Assembly (NCBI RefSeq): GCF_009914755.1
Contig: NC_060946.1
Length of the DNA: 64,000 bases
Source: the human T2T-CHM13v2.0 reference genome, Homo sapiens
Reading direction: 5' to 3' (one strand)
Made by a program: the position numbers and the translations under genes. The notes below the pieces were generated by a model that was not told the origin of the DNA, did no database searches, and saw only the letters and a program-made list of their open reading frames with translations. Shown piece by piece: positions 20,971 to 41,658 of this stretch (position 1 is its first letter; each line of letters begins with the position of its first letter).

Positions 20971-21599
20971 AGAAGCCAGCATTTAAGCCCCAGTTGCAGA
21001 TGGGGAAACCAAGGCCCAAAGAGGGAATGGACCTGGGTCCCTGCACCCACCCCGTGGGACCTCTGGCCCTAGCACCCTCCTTTGGCTCAGGTGTCTGTCC
21101 TGACCTAGCATGTCCATCTGGACACAAACCCACCCCAGCTCCTGAGCCACATGTCCCTCTCTGGGCCCACACGTGGCACACATGGGCACCACAGGGACAC
21201 ATGTAATCTTGGAACAGGAAAGAGAGCACAAAGCCAGAAAATGAAATAAACAAGTCAGGCATAAACACTAATTTTTATAAGAATAAAACACCATAAACAA
21301 AGCCAAATGACAAACTGGGGGAAAAAACACTTTAAACTCCCATCCCAGACAAAGGCCTCACTTCCTAACTAAATGGAGTGCACCCTTGCTTCCCCAACCT
21401 GTCTGCTTCCAGCCTAGTCAGTTGTCTTGGCTTCCAGGGCAAAATGGGGTAAATGGTTACAGATGGGGAAACCAAAGCCCCAAGAGGGAATGGGCCAGGT
21501 CCCTGCACCCACCTCGCCCACCCTGCCAGGCTTTGGTTTTCGTCCCACCTCCCTGGTCTCCTGATGTTGGGGGCCCCAGGCTTGGTCCATGGTCCTTGT

Positions 21600-22075
21600 G
21601 CATCTATATCTTCTCCCTGGGTGAGTCCATCCAGGCTCATGGCATGAGATGCAACCTGTGTGATGGTAACTCCCCGACTTTAACTCCGCCAGTCCTCTCC
21701 CTACACTCGAGACACTTATACCCAGCTATGCACAAGGTACCCACTCTGGGTGTCTAAGAAACATTTCAAACATACCATGACCTAAACTGTACTTTTGATT
21801 TTCCTTCCAACCGTCCCTGCGAAATGGCTCCTCTCCTAGTCCTCGTTGTCTTAGAAATTGACACAACCACTCCCCCTTTTGCTCAGCGCCTACACCCTGG
21901 AGCCATCCTGGATTGGTCACTTTCTTCCTTCCCCACATCCAACCCACCAGTGACTCTGGATGCAGGTTCTACCTCCATCTCCACCACACTGGTCCAAGCC
22001 ACCAACCTCTCTCAGCTGGGTTATTGCAATGGCCTCCTACCCAGGCCCCAGCGTTGGCCTTGCTCCCTTACATTT
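21600..22075 (+). mobile_element. L2 LINE fragment
   Basis: Diverged L2 3' motifs (tgtctaagaaacatttcaaacataccatgacctaaactg; ggttattgcaatggcctcct). Confidence 0.6.
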
Positions 22076-22665
22076 TAAAAAAATAATCTGTTAAGGCCGG
22101 GCGCGGTGGCTCATGCCTGTAATCCCAGCACTTTGGGAGGCCCAGGCAGGCAGATCATGAGGTCAGGAGATTGAGACCATCCTGGCTAACACGGTGAAAC
22201 CCCATCTCTATTAAAAATACAAAAAATTAGCTGGGCATGGTGGCGGGTGCCTGTAGTCCCAGCTACTCAGGAGGCTGAGGCAGGAGAATGGTGTGAACCT
22301 GGAAGTCGGAGCTTGCAGTGAGCCAAGGTTGTACCACTGCACTCCAGCCTGGGCAACGGAGAGAGACTCCATCTCAAAAAAAAAAAAAAAAATCTGTTAA
22401 ACGTAAATCAGACTTCCTGGTAATGGGAGACTGTAATTCAGACCACACTTCCCTCAGAGAACTAGAAAAGCCCAGCAAATAGAAAACATGTGCTTAAAGG
22501 CATAGGAGGCAGAGAAGTACAGGGCTGGAGACAGGCAAGGCCAGCATTCCCCTCAAGGTGACGGCCAATCCTGAAGAGGAGGCTGAGAAATAGATCAGGG
22601 ATTCTTTTTTTCTTTTCTCTCTTTTTTTTTTTTTTTTTGCTTTTTATTTTTCTGAGACAGGGTCA

Positions 22666-22714
22666 CCATTACTTTTAATGGCAAAAACCGCAATTACTTT
22701 TGTACCAACCTAAT
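22666..22714. mobile_element. MADE1 (Hsmar1-derived MITE), partial
   Basis: ccattacttttaatggcaaaaaccgcaattacttttgtaccaacctaata matches the spacer and right TIR of MADE1. Confidence 0.85.
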
Positions 22715-22899
22715 ATATTGCTCTGGCTGGTCTCAAATTCTTGGCCTGAAGCAATCCTCCTGCCTCAGTCTCCTGAGTAGCTGGGACTATAGGCGTGAGC
22801 CACCACACCTGGTCTAGAGCAGTGCTGTTGACCTACTCATGTGCTGAGGGAGGGGATGCCATAATGCCCCACACGTGGGGTGCAGGTTTCTTACTCTAG

Positions 22900-23301
<402 letters not shown>

Positions 23302-23405
23302 TGAGCCACCGCACCCGGCCTCTAACAATTTTTATACATACTCTCCAGTGCCAAATTAAAAACAACCAAGCAAACAAGGAAATAAGACAGCAGGAACAAA
23401 GCTCA

Positions 23406-24208
<803 letters not shown>

Positions 24209-24211
24209 TCA

Positions 24212-24581
<370 letters not shown>

Positions 24582-24787
24582 GCCCATGACACAGTCCTCA
24601 GGAGATCCTTGACCATGTGCCCAAAGATATTTTTTCCCAAAGATATTTTTATAAATAAAAATAAAGGGTGGCCAGGCGTGGTGGCTCACGCCTGTAATCC
24701 CAGCACTTTGGGAGGCCGAGGCGGGTGTATCATGAGGTTAGGAGATCGAGACCATCCTGGCTAACACAGTGAAACCCGTCTCTACTA

Positions 24788-25003
<216 letters not shown>

Positions 25004-25532
25004 TTATTGGTATAAAATTATAGTAGTATAGAAAATGATATCTTGTGGGGCTTAAAATAAAACATACTGAAATATGTATGGGTAAAGTTATATATCTGGG
25101 ATTTGCACTGAAATAATGTAGGGTAGAGGGAAGCAGGAAAGAGTATACATGAAATGAGCTTGGCCATAAGATTGTTGTTGAAATTGAATGGATACTCGGG
25201 GCTTCATTACACAATTCTCTTTACTCTTACATAGCTCTACACTCTCAACATAAATAAGAATAAAAACACAAAAAACACACAGATACATCTATGCACACAC
25301 ATATATTTAAAATACACAAAAATATTAGCATATAAGTCACTGGGGGTAAATTTAGTTCCTGTTCCAAGGTTCTTCTACTGACTAGGAAGAGGATAGAAGT
25401 ACTAACTCATAGGCTGGGCGTGGTGGCTCACGCCTGTAATCCCAACACTTTAGGACGCCGAGGTAAGCAGATCTCTTAAGGTGAGGAGTTCAAGACCAGC
25501 CTGGCCAACATGGTGAAACCCTGTCTCTACTA

Positions 25533-25699
<167 letters not shown>

Positions 25700-26658
25700 T
25701 CAAGAAAAAACAAATAAACAAAAAAAAGTACTAGCTCATGTTAGACTTTGATAAGTGAAGGATGCATGTTGTAAGCTCTAAAATAATCTACTGTCATCTT
25801 TTAAAATAACCCCAAGACTGCACAGTTAGGAAACTAATAGAGAAAAAGGAAATTGAATAATAAAAATAATAAATGCAAAACAAGATGTGAAAGGAGATAA
25901 GAAGAAACAGAATAGGCATGGAAAACAAGTTGGTGGTGGGTTTCAACCCAAATAAATCATCACCTACTTTTAAAAGGACAATCAATAAAAATTAAAGTAA
26001 TTGGAAATAAAGTAAAACCCAATGCCTTTTATGTAAGGATACAGAAAGGTGGAAAATAATGAAAAATATATCATGCATGCACTAACCAAGAAAGCTGTAT
26101 AACTTTTTTTTTTTTTTTGAGATAGAGCCTCACTCTGTCTCCCAGGCCGGAGTGCAGCGACGTGATCTTGGCTCACAGCAATCTCTCCCTTCTAGCATCA
26201 TGCGATTCTCCCCGCTCAGCCTCCCAAGTAGCTGGGACTACAAGTGTGCCAACTTAGAATTATATTAGCCACACCCAGCTAATTTTTGTACTTTTTGTCT
26301 CACCATGTTGCCCAGGCTGGTCTTGAACTCCTGGGCTTCAGCGACCCACTCACCTTGACCTCCCAAAGTGCCAATTACAGGCATGAGCCACCATGCCCAG
26401 CATAACTATTTTTAATGAAGTAGACTTTAAGAAGAAAAGTATTATTAGAGATAAGAGACACATCATGGAAAAGAAGAAATTACTAGGAGACGGGTGCAGT
26501 AGTTCATGCCTGTAATCCCAGCACTTTGGGAGGCCAAAGCGGGCAGATCACCTGAGGTCGGGAGTTTGAGACCAGCCTGACCCACATGGAGAAACCCTGT
26601 CTCTACCAAAAATACAAAATTAGCCAGGTGTGGTGGCGCATGCCTGTAATCCCAGCTA

Positions 26659-26796
<138 letters not shown>

Positions 26797-26849
26797 TTAC
26801 TAGCTAGTTTCAGTATTACTTAACATCCAGGAAACTGGATATAGAAGTT

Positions 26850-27288
26850 TTTTTAGAGAAACTAAACCAATAGGTTATACATAGAGATTTATTTAGGAAT
26901 TGGCTCACATGATTTTGGGGACTGGCAAGTTTAAAATCTGTAGGGCAAGCCAGCAGGCTATAAATTCAGGTAAGAGTTGATCTCGAAGTCTGGAACCTAA
27001 CATCTGTAGAGCAGTCAGCAGGCCAGAAACTCAGGCAGGGTTTGTGTGTTATAGTGTTGAAGCAGAATTCCTGCTTCTCTGGGAAACCTCAGTTTTTGTT
27101 CTTACGGCCTTCAACTGATTGGAGGTGGCCCACCCATATTATGGTGGGTAATCTGTTTTACCTAAAGTCAACTGACTGTCAGTGTTAATCACATCTATGA
27201 AATAACCTCCCAGCAAGATATTGACAAGTATTTGACCAAACAACGGGGCACCAGAGCTTAGCCAAGTTGACACATAAATTAACCATCA
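26850..27288 (-). mobile_element. MLT2 (ERVL) LTR, MLT2D-like
   Basis: ccttcaactgattggaggtggcccacccatattatgg...gccaagttgacacataaattaaccatca, typical of an MLT2 end. Confidence 0.75.
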
Positions 27289-27401
27289 GGAACGAGTAGA
27301 ATATCCAAAAAACAACATACTAGGGGTATTATATCTTATATAGCTATTATAATTATATAAAACATATAATTATAGAATGAAGATATTAAGATAACCATTA
27401 G

Positions 27402-27815
<414 letters not shown>

Positions 27816-29903
27816 TAGGCACGGTGCTGGGTCCACACTCACAGAAAGCTTAGGAGCTTGCACCCAGGGGCTCCGGCTGTAGCAGAATCCCAAGAATAAA
27901 ACCTAGTGCTGAAAGAGTAGGAGATGGGGCTGGGTGCCGTGACTCACTCCTGTAATCCCAGCACTTTGGGAGGCGGAGGTGGGCAAAGCACGAGGTCTAG
28001 AGTTGGAGACCATCCTGGCTAACATGGTGAAACCCCATCTCTACTAAAAATACAAAAATTAGCTGGGCGTGGTGGCTAGCACCTGTAGTCCCAGCTACTC
28101 AGGAGGCTGAGGCAGGAGAATCATTTGAACCAAGGAGGCAGAGGTTGCAGCGAGCCGAGATCATGCCACTGCACTCCAGCCTGGTGACAGAGCGAAACAG
28201 CATCTCAAAAACAAAACAGAAAAAAGAGCAGGAGACTGGACTCTGGGAGGGCCTCCTGGTGAGAGGTGAGCACAGAGGGGAGAGATGATGGAGTCAGGAG
28301 CATGGGCTTCTGGTGGCCCCAGCAGACCCTGTGGCAGTGTGGCCAGGGGCCTCTGCAAGGAGGGATCTTGGCCAGGATGACGCTGCAGCAGGCCTCTTCC
28401 TGAGGCCCCCCAGCCAGTCCGGCCAGGGTCCCAGTGTCCAATGACCCCTGTTCCGCAGCAGCAGCTGGGGCCAGCCCCAGGCTCTCTTCCACTCCCAGCT
28501 TCTTAAGACAGGAAGTGGAGAGAGTTGTTTGACAAAACACTGGGGCAAACCACATCCTCTCTCTTCAAGGGACAGTTTGAGGGGATGCCAGCAGAGGGAG
28601 CTTTAGAGTAGAGACCCCTACCCAACCAGTGACCGTCACGCACACAGCAGGGCACGCTATGGAGACCCCCAGACAGTCACTCAGGGAGACCCAGCAGGTC
28701 CAGACTCCACCTAGAAATTTGTGGCAGCAGGTCCCCACTCCCAAAGGCCACATGCCCACGGGTGGTCTCTGGTGCCTGAGACTCCAGTCTCATTTGCATC
28801 TTTGCAACTTCGAGTTTAAGTGGGTGTCGCATCCTGAATGTCCTCCTGAGCAGAGGAGGGGCACAGCCTGGGGTGGCGGCTGGCGTCAATCCCTCAAATC
28901 CCCTGAGAGCCACTGGGGAGACTAAGCAGTCCCCAGCCCCGACTTGTCCCTGAGCTGCCATTCTCAGCCCTGTGGGAGGAGACAGAAAGACCTGAAGAGA
29001 AACCAAAGGACCAGGTCAGGAGGGGCGGGGGGTGGCATGAGAAATCAGGGCAGGGAAGGATGGACAGATGGGGGAATGGAGGGAAGAAGGAATGAATGAA
29101 AAGGTGAATGAATGAACAGAGAGAGAGAGCAGCCACTCCTCCCTTGCTTTAATTTACAAAGCACTGGGATCCTCCCAACAGCCTGCAAGACAGAACTTCT
29201 GGGAAGCAGACCAGGTGGCTGGCAGGGAGGGGAGGCTTGCCCTGGCTTTTGTGGGCCCAGTGGGAGGCAGGGAGCAGGAAGGGGCATCCTGTATGTGTCC
29301 TCTGCAGCAGCAGCAGCGGAGGCCTCCCTTGGGCTGGGCTTCCTGGAAGAGGGTCAGGAAACACCCGCTGTGGCCCCTCTCCACCACGCCCTCATCCAGG
29401 ACACCAAGTATCAGTCACTCAGCTCACGAGACCCAGGCCCTGACTCAGGGAGAGAGGATGTGAGGGGTGGGGCACCGGGCTCCTCAGGACTGAGAGACCC
29501 GAGATGTGGCCCCAGGCTGGGTGTTGGGGCAGACTGGCTATGGCAGCATTGTGTGTACCCCAGCAGGCCAGTACCCACGCAGGGAGCCTCCAAACCCCTT
29601 CACCCATGACCCTGGGAGAAGACCGCAGCCTTGGAGAATTGGCCTCACTGAAGGGGCCTGCACCGGCCAGCAGGGTCAGGCGGGGCCAGACAGGTTCCCA
29701 CCTGGGATATGCAAATGGGCCTCCTGAATCCTGGAGCCAGGCGTGGACTCACACACCACCATTGTCCCCAAGTCCCCATCTGCCCCACGAGCACACCCTG
29801 CCACCTGTTCTGTGCAAGGGCCCTGAGGCTGCCTCCTTGCGCCCAAGACCTGCAGGTGCTGAAGCCCACACACACACGGCTCCTGCTTCCTGGGCCAGTG
29901 CAC

Positions 29904-30103
29904 GTGCACACACACACACACACACACCCACCCACACATACACATACCCACACACAATCACACACATTCACACACACCCACACTCCCCACACTCACACTC
30001 ACATACACTCACACACACCCACACATGCATGCAATCACACATACCCAGACACTCACACACACACCCACACATACATTCACTCACACACACACACACACAC
30101 ACG
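29904..30103. repeat. Imperfect (CA)n/(TG)n microsatellite near the GGT5 exon 1 donor
   Basis: About 200 bp of CA-rich repeat, read directly. Confidence 0.95.
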
Positions 30104-30163
30104 CCTTCTCCAGGAGGGGCTGGCTGCCAAGGGCCACCCAGCTTCCTCCCACGTCTCACTCAC

Positions 30164-30336
30164 CGTCCAATATCCGAGCAGACCTTGGAGTCGGCGGCAA
30201 CAGCAGCGTGGGCAAAGGCCTGGGGGCCACATGGGGCCTGGTGTCGAGAGAGGACCACAGCCAGCACAATGACAGCCAGCGCCAGCCCCAGACCCAGCAG
30301 GACTAGGCTGACCGTGGCCCCGTAGCCCCGGGCCAT
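30164..30336 (-). CDS. GGT5: GGT5 exon 1 coding part (MARGYGATVSLVLLGLGLALAVIVLAVVLSRH...CSDIG)
   Basis: ATG at 30336 in GCCATGG Kozak context; hydrophobic type II anchor; GTGAG donor; 173 nt. Confidence 0.97.
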
Positions 30337-30900
30337 GGCTCTGCAGCCCAGGAGGAGAGGGGCGGCTGGTGGGCAGACGGAGGGACGGATGGGTGGGCAG
30401 ATGAATGGACAAGAAGATGCACAGAGTCACAGGTAATTGGACAGATGGACAAACAGGTGGGGGCTGAAGACAGACACGAAGATGGATCGACAGATAGGCC
30501 AGATAGCTAGACAAAGAGGACAGTAAGAGAAAGATGGTCAGATAGACAATGGGACAGAGATGGGCTTACAGATGGGCGGACAGACAGACAGGTCTGAACA
30601 GCGGGCTGCCAGATGGACAGATGGGTGAATGGACAGATGGCTGGCAGCTGTGGCGAGCTGCTGCCCTCACCAAGTGCACACTACGGAGTGGCCAAACTCA
30701 CGCCTCAACTTCTGGTTTTCAGCTCCTGCTTGTTGCTGGCAGGAGGCCAGGCAGCAAAGCGTCTGAGGGGAGTTTTCCTTGCCTAGAGGAGTCAGCTGCT
30801 GTGTTAACTCCCTCACTGCTAGTAGGTCCAAAGGCCCCACCTACCGCCCGCCAGAGCCCAGGGTCACACTGTCGCAATGTGCAGGAGAACTTGGTGCCTG
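30337..30900 (-). promoter_or_regulatory. GGT5: GGT5 5' UTR (degenerate CCAT/CTGT repeats) and proximal promoter
   Basis: Directly upstream of the ATG; repeated ggacagatgg units at about 30375-30640; TSS not fixed by sequence alone. Confidence 0.6.
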
Positions 30901-33568
30901 CTGCACTGCGGTTGCCAGGTAGGGGCAGGGCTCCCTGGAACCTCCACACCATTCCCCGGGTTCCCGGCAGCTCTGGGAAAGCAGAGCTGGGGCCGCTCAA
31001 CTCTCTCCCCTGGATCCGGCAAGGCTGCCCCCCTCCCAGAGTGGAGCCCTGCTCCCCAGCTCCCATCTCTATCCCCTAACCCTCTCCTCATGGCCCAGCC
31101 TAGTCAGCATCAAGGTGGAGCTGAACAGAGGCAGAGGGAGGGGGACACAAGGTGGTGTCACTTAAAACTTGGGTTCAAGTCCTTATGCTTCTGCAGCCTG
31201 GCCTGGGTCCCACAACTCCCCAGGGTGGCCAAGGGCTTCCCAGTCTGCACAGAGGACAGGGGGACTTGACAGCATCAAATGCTGGTGACTACAAGACGCC
31301 CATGTGGGGAATGCAGACAGACCATGCCTCTAGCCCTTGGCATCCGGGACCATTTGTCCAGGACTTGCTGTCCTGGAAATGCAGCATGGACCTCCAGGGA
31401 GGGAGGCTGTGTGGAGGCCACGCCCTGCCTGTAGCTCTTTCCCACCCTAGCTGCGGGTCTGCTTCCCTGAATCCAAATCCGCTATTACTGTGCTGGCAGC
31501 GCAGCCTCTCTAGGGACACTGGCCTGGCTCTGTTCTCCCCAGGCCTCAGGGTGCCTAAATGGGAGGCAGCCAGGAGAGTGAGGACCCACTGAGGGGCTCT
31601 GTTGACCAGGCTCAGCAGGGGTGCAGGTGATGTGGGCTGGACTTCTTCCCACGTGGCCCCCACAGTCCTCCCCGCTTCCTCCCCAGCTGAACACTGCCTG
31701 CTCCAGATGTCTACACCTGGAAGCCGGGCCCCCCCATCTGGGCAGCAGAGAAACTGAGGCACAGAGACAGACTGTGTCCTTACAGGCCACACAGCCTGCC
31801 AGGCCCCTATGTCCAGCCAGAGCCCCTGGTCAGCCTGGACTGGAATGATTGTTTAGAGGCAGGCTGTTCCCACGGCTGCCTCTCGCGGTGGGGGGCCTGT
31901 GGATGCCTCCTCCCGCCCCCACCCGACTCCCAAGCCTCAGTGACATTGCTCAACCAGGAGCTGAAGTGCATTCCTGGGCTTAGGCCAGCCCACCCACCCA
32001 CCCGCTGCAGTCCTGGAAGCTCAGAGGCCTGGGCAGCAGGAACAGTGGAGACAGCAGCGTGGGGGACGTCCCCCCTCCTCTCCCCACCATCCTGGTCAGG
32101 CAGAGGCCAGGGTGCAGGGACCGCCTGAGCAAAGGCCCAGGGAAAGGAATGGGTGTCATTCTGGTCCTGACCCGAGGCACAGCCAGGAAGGTCCCTGAAT
32201 GTCCTTCCTCAGGAAATGATGGGGGAAGGGGCGATGAGAATGAAGGAGAGGATTTAAGTCCCTCACCCCCCGAGGTAGTCCTGGGCTGAGCCCCACGGGA
32301 CCTGGAGAACCAGGGTGTACCCCACCAGCGTGTCGGGTCCAGGAAGCCTCGTGGCCAGCTCCCACTTCTCTTCCTGCTGTGCAACCCAGAGCAAGGCCTG
32401 CCCCTCCAGCTTCAGTCTTCTCCCCTGCAAATGGGGCCACGGCCTTTCCTCTCAGGCCGAAATAAGGATTGAGGCCGGGTGCAGTGGCTCACCCCTGTAA
32501 TCCTAGCACTTTGGGAGACTGAGATGGGGGGACTGCTTGAAGTCAGGAGTTTAAGTCCAGCCTGGTCAACATAGTGAGACCCCATCTCTATTTGTTTAAA
32601 TAATTTTTTAAATTAAATAAATAAAATAAGGATTGAGGAGTGACTCGTACATCACTCAACTGGGAGCCCCAGAGACACAGCCCTCCAGGGCTCAGAACCG
32701 GTGGTACTCTACTCTGCAGGCACAAAACCCTGTTTGTGGGCCCTTTGGTATCACCAGGTTTTCGGGGCTCCTGAAGGATAGCCCCGACCTGGCCTCACCT
32801 GGGCCCTGGCCAGAGTGCCCCTGGTGATATCCAGAGTGCCCCTGGTGCTGGGCTGTGACCACCACCCCTCACCAGCCTATCTCCACCAGCCTTTCCCAGA
32901 ATCCTGCCCCAGGTGTTGGAACTGTGCCTGGAGGAGGGAGCAGGCCCCGAGGGAGGCCTGGAGGGGCTGCTGATGGTGAAGGCTGCTGTGTCTAGTTGTT
33001 CCCTTCCAAACCCACTCCCTCTGGGCTGCATCCCCGGCTGGTCCAAGCCCTGATCCCTGGGATCTGGGGACCTCTTCCAGTTTGCTGTTCCCTGAGAACC
33101 AGGCCTCCCTCTGGAGAGGATCACAAGCTTGGGTTTCACTCTGGGCTTAAACTTGGAAACCCCCCAGGGGCTTGGCTCTGACCGAGATGTTTTCCTCCAG
33201 CCTCTTGCCCAATCCCCACTCCTCAGACCTCAGCTTCACCTCCCATGTCCTCGGCAGGGTGAGCTGGACGCCTACGGGTCTGAGAAGGCACCCGGGTTCC
33301 CGGCATCAGCTGGCCACTCTCTGCCTAAGAAAGGGCCGGGGTCGCTGCACCCTCTGGTGGCTGGTCCTAGGTGGTGTTGCTGCCCAGCCCAGGGAAGGGA
33401 GGGCCTGGCCCCAAGTCTGAGGGATCAGGGTGGGAAGGGGCAGGGCTTGGCATGGACCTTCCCCTGGCCCCCAGCCACGTGCCTGGCTTTCCCCATGCTG
33501 AAGATGCTGAGGCTAGTTCCAGCGACCGCAGCGTGAAGATCTCCGAATCCCGCCTCTCCAGTGCCTCA

Positions 33569-33574
33569 TTTATT
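33569..33574 (-). terminator. AATAAA polyA signal of the GGT1-type pseudogene
   Basis: tttatt on + strand, about 110 nt after the stop codon at 33683. Confidence 0.75.
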
Positions 33575-33682
33575 GTGCTGCTCTGCTGCTCACAGGGGAA
33601 GCCGGTCCCCCAGAGTCCCCTTCCTGGTCCTAGTGAGTATCTTGTCCCTAGATTGCTTGTCAGCCTTGTCCGCCTGGAGCAC

Positions 33683-35152
<1,470 letters not shown>

Positions 35153-35329
35153 TCAAAAGGCCCCTGACTGTGGCTCTGATCACAACCCTCTGGCACCCAC
35201 AACCTTCCGTGGCTCCCCAGGACCCAAGGGCAGGCCCAGGATCTTGCAAGACCAGTCTGACTCCCTGTCTCTGTCGCGTTCCAGCAACTCTGAATGTCTG
35301 TCTGCCTGGTCCTCAGCCTCCAGACCCTT

Positions 35330-36200
35330 GCTGCATTCAATCACTCATTCCTTCATGCAAAAAATATTTCTAGAGTTTGCACTGCATGCCTGGCACTGGG
35401 GAATCAACAGGGAACAGACACTTAGGTCCTGCCCTCATGCCAAGAAAAACAAACACACACAGGGAAAGTGCTGAAACCACAAGCCAGGTAAGGGGAATCA
35501 AGAGGCATGAGGTATGGGCAGAGTGGTCAGGGAGGGCTTCTCAGAGGAGGCAACGTGTGAAAAGAGCCTGGAATGTGGCCTAAATGGTCAGTGCAAAGGC
35601 CCTGAGGCAGGTGGTATAGGCTGGTGAGCGATAGGCAAAGAGTGAATGGAGTGGGGTGGGGAGAAGAGGATGAAGATGCAGGCTGGGGCCCATCCCACAA
35701 GACCTCCTAGGTCCCATAACAACTGGCTTTTGCTCTGTGCCATGCAGGCTTAGGGCAGAGGAATGAGCAGGCTGGGGAGTGTTTTCACAGGGTCCCTCTG
35801 GCAGCTATGACGGGGATAAGGATAAAGCCCAAAGGGGAGGCTGTGGGTATCAACCAGGCAAGAGATGATGGCCTGGGTGGGAGAAAGAGAAGAATCAAGG
35901 ATGGTGCCGACTAGCGAGGTAAACCCTGCAGAAAGGGCAGGTTTGGGGATGGTCAGGAGCTTGATTCTGGATACTTCATCAGACCTGAAGAGCATGGGTG
36001 CACGTATAAAAAAATAAATAAATAAGCATGGGTTCACGGGCAAGGGCGGGCTGAGAGATGAACATGGAGGTATTGACATTGAGTGGCTGCTGGATGCCAT
36101 GAGCCTGGCCAAGGTCCCCAAGGCAGTGGCGAGGAGGAGATGAGGAGGTCAAGGAGGAGACAGAGGATGGACCCGAAGGCCGAAGAAAATGCCTCAAGGG
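35330..36200 (-). mobile_element. L2 LINE fragment
   Basis: cattcaatcactcattcc...aaatatttc...gcactgcatgcctggcactgggg matches an antisense L2 3' end. Confidence 0.65.
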
Positions 36201-36210
36201 AGTTTCAACA

Positions 36211-36888
36211 CCGGGCGCGGTGGCTCACGCCTGTAATCCCAGCACTTTGGGAGGGGGATCACGACGTCAGGAGATGGAGATCATCCTGGCTAACACGGTG
36301 AAACCCCGTCTCTACTAAAAATACAAAACATTAGCCGGGTGTGGTGGCGGGCGCCTGCAGTCCCAACTACTCCAGAGGCTGAGGCAGGAGAATGGCGTGA
36401 ACCCGGTAGGCGGAGCTTGCGGTGAGCTGAGATCAGGCCACTGGAATCCAGCCTGGGCGATAGAGGGAGACTCCATCTCAAAAAAAAAAAAAAAAAAAGA
36501 GAGAGAGTCTGGCTCTGTTGCCCAGGCTGGAGTGCAGTGGCGCGATCTCGGCGCATCACAATCCCTTCCCCGCCCGCCCCCGGGTTCAAGTGATTCTCCT
36601 GTCTCAGCCGCCGGAGCAGCTGGGACTACAGGCGCGTGCCACCATGTGTGACTAAATTTGTATTTTTACTAGAGACGGGGTTTCACTATGTTGGCCAGGC
36701 TGGTCTCCAACTCCTGATCTCGTGATCCGTCTGCCCCGACCTCCCAAAGTGCTAGGATTATAGGCATAAGCCACCACGCCCGGCCTCTTTTTTTTCTTTT
36801 TCTTTTTTTTATCTGGAGACTGAGTTTTGCACTTGTTGCCCAGGCTGGAGTGCAATGGTGCGATCTCAGCTCACTGCAATCTCCACCT
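36211..36888. mobile_element. Abutting inverted Alus (36211-36498 +, 36499-36786 -) and a truncated Alu (36788-36888 -)
   Basis: Alu consensus; the last element breaks off at ...ctccacctc and joins non-Alu sequence. Confidence 0.9.
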
Positions 36889-36989
36889 CAGCAGGAGAGC
36901 AGGAATCTTCAGTGATCCACGGGCAGATCTGCCACCATTGTGGGCACCTGTTCCTCCCGCAACCTTTGTGCCCGCCTCTCTCCTTCCAG

Positions 36990-37199
36990 TACCTATTGCA
37001 TGACCCCCCACGTCCGCCTCCCGCCATTGCCAGCAAGTGCCTCGCGCGGGTACCTGGCTGCGCTTATTAATCCGTTAAGCTCGCTCTGTCACGGGCGCCG
37101 TGATGTGCTCACGCGCCCACTCCCTCAGGTTTAAAAGGCGCGTTGCCCGGCAACAGAAGAAACTGCTGGCTTAGCCTTTGGCGGAGTTGGCGGCTGGAC

Positions 37200-37220
<21 letters not shown>
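36990..37220 (+). promoter_or_regulatory. CpG-enriched candidate promoter of the POM121L module, with TATA-like TTTAAAA (37130-37136)
   Basis: Local CpG excess (gcctcgcgcggg, cacgggcgccg, aggcgcg) about 480 bp upstream of the ORF ATG. Confidence 0.45.

Positions 37221-41658
<4,438 letters not shown>

Noticed and set aside
29504-30325. 273-aa His/Thr-rich ORF
   Set aside because: Non-ATG start, runs through the CA repeat, antisense to GGT5 exon 1
30767-30778. NF-kB-like GGGGAGTTTTCC near the GGT5 promoter
   Set aside because: Imperfect match to GGGRNNYYCC; not supportable from sequence alone
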